Of a stretch of DNA of 64,000 nt, positions 59,140-64,000 are shown piece by piece. The number at the start of each line of letters is the position of its first letter. Position 1 is the first letter of the stretch. Source of the DNA: an uncultured Ruficoccus sp. (lineage in GTDB: Bacteria; Verrucomicrobiota; Verrucomicrobiia; Opitutales; Cerasicoccaceae). Both the position numbers and the translations under genes were made by a program. The notes under the pieces were generated by a model that worked only from the letters and a program-made list of their open reading frames with translations, made no database searches and was not told the DNA's origin. The DNA lies in contig OZ223521.1 in assembly GCA_965140785.1 (NCBI GenBank), forward strand, positions 32,001-96,000, in the 5' to 3' direction.

Positions 59140-59706
59140 TTAGGTGTTGGTTGTCTCGACGGTCTCGGTTATTTTTCTGTTAACGTAGTGAATGACAGGA
59201 CACTCGGAAAATTCGACTAGTGTATCTGAAACGTTTCCCACCGGAAATCTCGTGTAGTTTTTGATCGCTAGAGCGAGATTCAGGAATTCTCGAATGGTGT
59301 GCCCATGAGTTAAAGCGACTATAGTCTGATCTTGTTCCAGGTTTTGAATTTTGTGTAAGAGCTTCATGCACCGACCACGGAATGAAGCTGTCGATTCGTC
59401 CAACGCCGGATCTTGTACGCTATCAACATCAATATCCTGGTCTGAATCTAGGTTGAGGTGTCCTTCGGATAAAAGAGGTTCGATCTTAATCGGAATATCA
59501 CAGCACGCTTTGAACGGCTGAAGTGTCTGTCTGGATCGCAAAAGAGGGCTACACCAGATTTCATCCAACGTGAGTCTAGATAAATACTGTTTTAGTGCGT
59601 GAGATTGGAGAATGCCTGAGGAGTTGAGTTGCTCGTCGGGAATGCACGATAGTTGTCCTGATTGATTCGCATTCGTTTCTGCGTGTCGAATGAGGTGAAG
59701 TTTCAT
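59140..59706 (-). CDS. Histidine phosphatase family protein (AT-rich)
   Basis: LIRHAET, CSPLLRSRQT, LTHGHTIR. Confidence 0.85.
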   Translation of the reverse strand: MKLHLIRHAETNANQSGQLSCIPDEQLNSSGILQSHALKQYLSRLTLDEIWCSPLLRSRQTLQPFKACCDIPIKIEPLLSEGHLNLDSDQDIDVDSVQDPALDESTASFRGRCMKLLHKIQNLEQDQTIVALTHGHTIREFLNLALAIKNYTRFPVGNVSDTLVEFSECPVIHYVNRKITETVETTNT

Positions 59707-59746
59707 TTCTTCTTTTATCGAGCAGTGCTTAGGTCTCTGAGGCGAA

Positions 59747-59989
59747 CTAGACGTTTTTACGAAGTGTTTCTCTGTGATGCCGTGGAGACGCCCCCTCCGG
59801 GTTGATTGTTGCGATCAGTTTCAGCCCGAACGCCGCAACCATGCCGGAGAGACTTGCGGGTGAATTTTTCAGCGCCGGCTGGTAAATCTCGACCGTGTCA
59901 AAGCCGACGGCATACGTCCGCTCAAGAGATACCTCGAGCGAAGCATGCCACATTTCCCACTTGGACTTTGCGAAGAGGAGCTGCATCAA
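59747..59989 (-). pseudogene. Truncated sugar phosphate isomerase/epimerase-like gene
   Basis: KSKWEM...VGFDTVEI is a TIM-barrel-type N-terminus. It overlaps the PhyH stop and ends after 80 aa at the AT-rich insert. Confidence 0.5.
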
Positions 59990-60804
59990 TGCGCGCGAAA
60001 TCCGAGTTCTTTACGCCGTTTAATAATATGCGAGTAATCCACCGCCGGATCTGCCAAATCCTGGCCGAGTACATTTCGCCCGCGAGCCTGGTAGATCAGT
60101 TGCCTGTCCGCATACTCCGGGTTAAGCCGGACGGTGGCAGGAATAAACCGGAGGGTCCATCCGCAGCGGCGGATGTCGGAGGTATTGGCAGCGCTGCCGT
60201 GCTGCGTGCGCGCGTCATGCAGGGAGCAATAATTCGGCTGGAGTTCACATGGCACAGCGAGCTCGTCCTTGCGCTGCGAGGGGATTATTTCGGTGGGAAA
60301 GACTGCCTTTGACGTGTCCACATCCTCGTAGTCGGAAAATCCCATTCGTCCGGTATTGTGCGAGCGGGGGATGACATACATACACCCGTTCACCTGAGTC
60401 GAAGGGTCGATCGCCAGCCACACGGTGGCTACCTCCATCGGCTCAAGGAGACGCCGCCAGTAGGCGCTGTCCTCGTGCCACGGGACACGTCGCCCGTCGC
60501 CCTTGGGCTTGCAGATAAAGTGGGTCGAAAAAAGCAGAATGTCCGGGCCCAGTAAAGGCTCAACCAGATCTACGACCTCTGGAGCCAACGCCCATTCGTT
60601 CAACTTGGGATCGCCGAAATGAGGCGTGTCCATCGCTTCGGGGCGCTCATCCGAGGGCCAGGCAGCAAGTTTTTTTTCGAAGTGATCGACCAGTGACGCA
60701 AACTTCTCGTCTGAGAAAACTTTGCACTGGGGAAGGGTATAACCTTCCTGTTTGAACTGCTGAACTTCTTCCGGGGTCAGTCGTGATCGATGCGTCGTTT
60801 CCAT
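59986..60804 (-). CDS. Phytanoyl-CoA dioxygenase (PhyH) family Fe(II)/2OG oxygenase
   Basis: PWHEDSAYW, TVWLAID, NGCMYVIPRSH, HGSAANTS..RR. Confidence 0.9.
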   Translation of the reverse strand: METTHRSRLTPEEVQQFKQEGYTLPQCKVFSDEKFASLVDHFEKKLAAWPSDERPEAMDTPHFGDPKLNEWALAPEVVDLVEPLLGPDILLFSTHFICKPKGDGRRVPWHEDSAYWRRLLEPMEVATVWLAIDPSTQVNGCMYVIPRSHNTGRMGFSDYEDVDTSKAVFPTEIIPSQRKDELAVPCELQPNYCSLHDARTQHGSAANTSDIRRCGWTLRFIPATVRLNPEYADRQLIYQARGRNVLGQDLADPAVDYSHIIKRRKELGFRAH

Positions 60805-60877
60805 GCTTCATAGTGTAACATAAATGGGGCTTGAAATCGTCATCCAAAAAAGCAAAATAATGCTCTATTGTGATCCC

Positions 60878-61702
60878 ATGAAAATACTCCGATGGAAAAA
60901 TATCTGCGAAAATGATGAAAGTCTACATATCGCGACCATTGAAATGGGCAAAACTCGATCCACGGCCATGCACCGCCACGACTTCTATGAGTGCTTTCTG
61001 GTACTTGAAGGGCACGGGCAGCATGTCATGCCCTCCGGCACAGAAATGCTCCAGGCCAACCATCTGTACTTTATCCGTCCGGAGCATTGCCATGCCGTTA
61101 CCGGACAGGCGGACCTCGTGTTTCTCAACATAGCGTTTGAAGCTTCCGTGTTTGAGAAGGCCGAAGCGCTGTCTGTTTTTTCAAGAGCCTGCTGGCCTCC
61201 CGGCCTACCAATAAAAAATCTGAGATTGAGCCAGAACCAGTCCATGGCATTGCGCACCTGTATTGATGACATCGCTGGCCAGCCTGGCCGGCGTAATGCC
61301 GCCTGGCTCCTGCTCAGCTTGGCCCGTATTCTGGATGACCCCGTCTCACGTAAATATTCCAACAATGAAATCCCGGAGTGGATGGCGAATGGACTGAACC
61401 GCGCCATGGACGAGGATGTCCTCAGGCAAGGGGTTGCCGGGCTTACCCTGGCAATGGGCCGGTCGCGTGAACATGTCACCCGCAGTTTTCAAAAATACCT
61501 GAAAATGACTCCCACCCAGTGGCTCAACATCGAGCGCATCAAACACGCCCGGCGGCTCCTGACGACGACACGGTTAAGTGTGATGGAAATTGCGCTCGAA
61601 TGCGGATACGAGAGCCCGAGCCACTTCCACAAGTGCTTTAAGCAGCAAGCCGGGACGTCGCCCTTGAGGTATCGCTCCAAGCTCACCTGCGTGCAGGCAT
61701 AG
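60878..61702 (+). CDS. AraC-family regulator with cupin sensor domain
   Basis: HRHDFYE cupin; IALECGYESPSHFHKCFK..GTSPLRYR. Start reassigned to MKILRW. Confidence 0.9.
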   Translation: MKILRWKNICENDESLHIATIEMGKTRSTAMHRHDFYECFLVLEGHGQHVMPSGTEMLQANHLYFIRPEHCHAVTGQADLVFLNIAFEASVFEKAEALSVFSRACWPPGLPIKNLRLSQNQSMALRTCIDDIAGQPGRRNAAWLLLSLARILDDPVSRKYSNNEIPEWMANGLNRAMDEDVLRQGVAGLTLAMGRSREHVTRSFQKYLKMTPTQWLNIERIKHARRLLTTTRLSVMEIALECGYESPSHFHKCFKQQAGTSPLRYRSKLTCVQA

Positions 61703-61741
61703 ATCAATTACGTATTAGATCGTCCGTACACATCCTAGCTC

Positions 61742-61864
61742 GTGAAACAGACCCTCCTGCTCCCCACCGCGCCGGACGATTCCTGGGCGTTTGCCCGACA
61801 GATCGGCGTCATTCACACGGTGACGAAGACCGCTCCCATGTTGTCCGGTCTGCCCATGCCTTGA
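61742..61864 (+). pseudogene. N-terminal remnant resembling mannonate dehydratase-like proteins, cut by the IS end
   Basis: Manual translation: VKQTLLLPTAPDDSWAFARQIGVIHTVTKTAPMLSGL. Confidence 0.4.
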
Positions 61865-61948
61865 CACCCTCTACAACCTAACCCTAAATCGCATCATTAA
61901 CCCGCTTAGACTAACTCTCAACGCGGGACAGTTTGCGTAGGCAGGTCA
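61852..61948 (+). repeat. Third, 97-bp inverted copy of the IS3 right end
   Basis: Reverse complement matches 9368-9464 with 5 mismatches; ends in GCAGGTCA. Confidence 0.9.
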
Positions 61949-62024
61949 CGGTGCGGTTCTGCTGACATCCATGCCACTTCTCCGACTTGACCCAAAAAAC
62001 TGGCGAGTACTGGAAAGTCTCCAG

Positions 62025-64000
62025 CTAGTAGCTGTCGATTAACGAGTAGGTTGTGAGTAGCTTTCGAGCTTCGGAGGCCAATACTGGTTGATCGAAGTGG
62101 ACCTCAATGGTTCTGTCACGCCCTGGGTAAAGGTCTATGTAATTGTCTGAGCAGCGATGCGGCAGCCCAGGGAAATCGAGCTGTACACAGGCTTGAAAGA
62201 CAGGTGAGTGCAAATGGACGGCGACTGTTATCGAGTCTATTGTTTCACACTCGGCCTCAATGGTCTCCCGTAACAGGCTTAAAAAACGTGGAGAGGTGAA
62301 CAGCCCGGTGCGAATGGAAGGGGGCTGATTCTTCGGGCACAATTCAGCGCGTAGGAAAAGCTCGGCACGGTCATAGGATGTTAACTCGTTACTGAAGTCC
62401 AATCTTTGCTGACAAATGGATTCCCCATGACGCAGGCTAACCTGGCGCGAGCTCTCGCGCAGCACTTTACCCTGCATGGTTTCAAGTGACCAGTACAGCT
62501 CCGCGGTGTCATCATCGGGGGCGTCGTAGACGGTGTGCAGTTCAAAGCCGGTGATGGAATTGCGGCGCGTGTTGTTTTTGCCGAGCGACTCCTCGCCCAC
62601 AAGCTTAACGCTCAGAAGTGCCGGAGCAAAGAAACGCTTGGCCTCGTAGTGAAGCGCTTTCCATTTGCCCGAGTACTCGATGCTGCTCCATGACGCGACC
62701 GGCCAGCAGTCGTTAAGTTGCCAGTAGAGGGCTCCCATCGTGTGGGGCATGCATCGGCGGAAGTGCTCGACACCGACCTTCATGCAGTGGGCCTGGTTGA
62801 GCTGGGACAGGTAGCTCAGGGCCCGGTAGTCGCGGGGGAACCGGAAAAGACGGGAGATGTAGTCAAAGATTATCTGGTTGCCGGCACTGTTTTTCTGGTG
62901 GTTCTCCATCGTCGGGCTGAAGATATTCAGCTCCTCTGGCGGGCAAAAGGTCAGCGCGACTTCGGGCGAGCAATAGGACTGCATCCCAAACTCCGAACAG
63001 AAGCGGAAACGCTTTTTTTCGTATTCGTTGACGGGCTTGCGCATGTGCCATACATCCCAGAAATGGGCATCGCCACCGGCCTCGTTGTTGTGGCCGTGTT
63101 CGTAGCCGTCAGGGTTGTGCGGTGAGGAGGGCCAGTAGGCCGTCTCCGTGTCGTATTCTTTCAATACACGGGGGAGAATGTCGTAAAAAAGGCTTTCGTA
63201 AGCGTGCCGGCGCTCCTCGGTCTGGAGGACGTCCTGGGAGAGTTGTTCGAGCTCGTTGTTACCGCACCACAGGGCCAGGCAGGCATGGTGGCGTAGGCGC
63301 TGGACCTGGCAGACGGCTTCTGCATGGACGTTGTCTAGAAACTCTTTGTCGCCGGGGTACAGCGCACACGCGAACATAAAGTCCTGCCACACGAGCAGAC
63401 CTTTCTCGTCGCACAGGTCGTAGAATGTATCCTGCTCGTAGATGCCGCCGCCCCACACACGAATCATGTTCATATGAGCGGACACAGCGTCGTCGAGCAG
63501 TTGCTCATAGCGTGCGCGGTCCACACGTGTGACAAAAGAGTCCGCCGGAATCCAGTTCGCGCCCTTTGCGAAAAGCGGACGCCCATTGACGACAAACTGA
63601 AAGCTCTCGCCGTGTTCGTCCGGGTGGCGGTCGAGTTCAATCGTGCGCAGCCCGATGCGCCGTTGCCAACTGTCCTGGACTTTCCCGTCGGGGTCGATCC
63701 ACTCCAGTTTGACCTCGTAGAGAGGCTGTTCACCCTGACCGGCAGGCCACCATATTTCGGGAGATTCGATGACTGCGCGGTTATCCTTCACGCTTGCGAT
63801 GTGCTTGCCGCGCAGGGAGATTTCCCCGCGTACGGAGCCGCTATGGGTCCCGGCCATTCTTGGCGTGAGGGTAAGCTCGACCTTATCGGCGGTATGTTTC
63901 TGAACGACCTGCACAGACTCGAAGCGGGTGCCGCTCCATGCCTGCAAAAAGACAGGCTTCCAGATACCAGAGGTGGCCAGACGGGGGCCCCAGTCCCAGC
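62025..64000 (-). CDS. GH2 beta-mannosidase, 5' end beyond the window
   Basis: WWPAGQGEQPLY, KGANWIP, MIRVWGGGIYE, LWCGNNE, YWPSSP, SEFGMQS, YWQLNDCWP. Confidence 0.93.
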   Translation of the reverse strand, partial: WDWGPRLATSGIWKPVFLQAWSGTRFESVQVVQKHTADKVELTLTPRMAGTHSGSVRGEISLRGKHIASVKDNRAVIESPEIWWPAGQGEQPLYEVKLEWIDPDGKVQDSWQRRIGLRTIELDRHPDEHGESFQFVVNGRPLFAKGANWIPADSFVTRVDRARYEQLLDDAVSAHMNMIRVWGGGIYEQDTFYDLCDEKGLLVWQDFMFACALYPGDKEFLDNVHAEAVCQVQRLRHHACLALWCGNNELEQLSQDVLQTEERRHAYESLFYDILPRVLKEYDTETAYWPSSPHNPDGYEHGHNNEAGGDAHFWDVWHMRKPVNEYEKKRFRFCSEFGMQSYCSPEVALTFCPPEELNIFSPTMENHQKNSAGNQIIFDYISRLFRFPRDYRALSYLSQLNQAHCMKVGVEHFRRCMPHTMGALYWQLNDCWPVASWSSIEYSGKWKALHYEAKRFFAPALLSVKLVGEESLGKNNTRRNSITGFELHTVYDAPDDDTAELYWSLETMQGKVLRESSRQVSLRHGESICQQRLDFSNELTSYDRAELFLRAELCPKNQPPSIRTGLFTSPRFLSLLRETIEAECETIDSITVAVHLHSPVFQACVQLDFPGLPHRCSDNYIDLYPGRDRTIEVHFDQPVLASEARKLLTTYSLIDSY

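Noticed and set aside
59986..60804. Fe/2OG halogenase
   Set aside because: Has HxD (WHED), not HxA/G.

Overview
GC-rich bacterial DNA, probably Verrucomicrobiota/Opitutales (inferred from PEP-CTERM proteins, Opitutae-style LacI regulators and giant PilX-like proteins). Bases 1-6256 are core genome: a TVP38/VTT protein, sthA, tRNA-Val(CAC), rplY-pth-rpsF-ssb and tRNA-Asn(GTT). An accessory region starts right after tRNA-Asn. It has integrase-type att-arm signals, an AAA_25 ATPase, a damaged IS3 element, recombinase remnants and a FadL-sulfatase cluster. The segment 10542-61948 is bracketed by inverted copies of the same IS3 right end. Its core (about 17.3-55.7 kb) is a glycan-utilisation locus with no SusC/SusD or TonB-dependent receptor. 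It is built from two parallel modules, each with a LacI, a PEP-CTERM protein, an inner-membrane transporter, a lyase, a hydrolase/phosphorylase, a ~1200-aa PilX-like protein and a partner gene overlapping it by 25 nt. Between the modules sits one TPR-TPR-ExbB-ExbD-ExbD-(TM/polyPro/PA14-like) operon. A 12-bp motif, TCAACAGTGTGA, recurs in the promoters of module 1 and of the TPR/ExbBD operon; a related motif occurs at module 2. Further right are a glycyl-radical enzyme of unknown function with its activase, a PhyH dioxygenase, an AraC regulator and a partial GH2 beta-mannosidase. Seven single-base frameshifts in homopolymer runs may be sequencing errors. All product calls come from recognising motifs by eye; no database searches were run.
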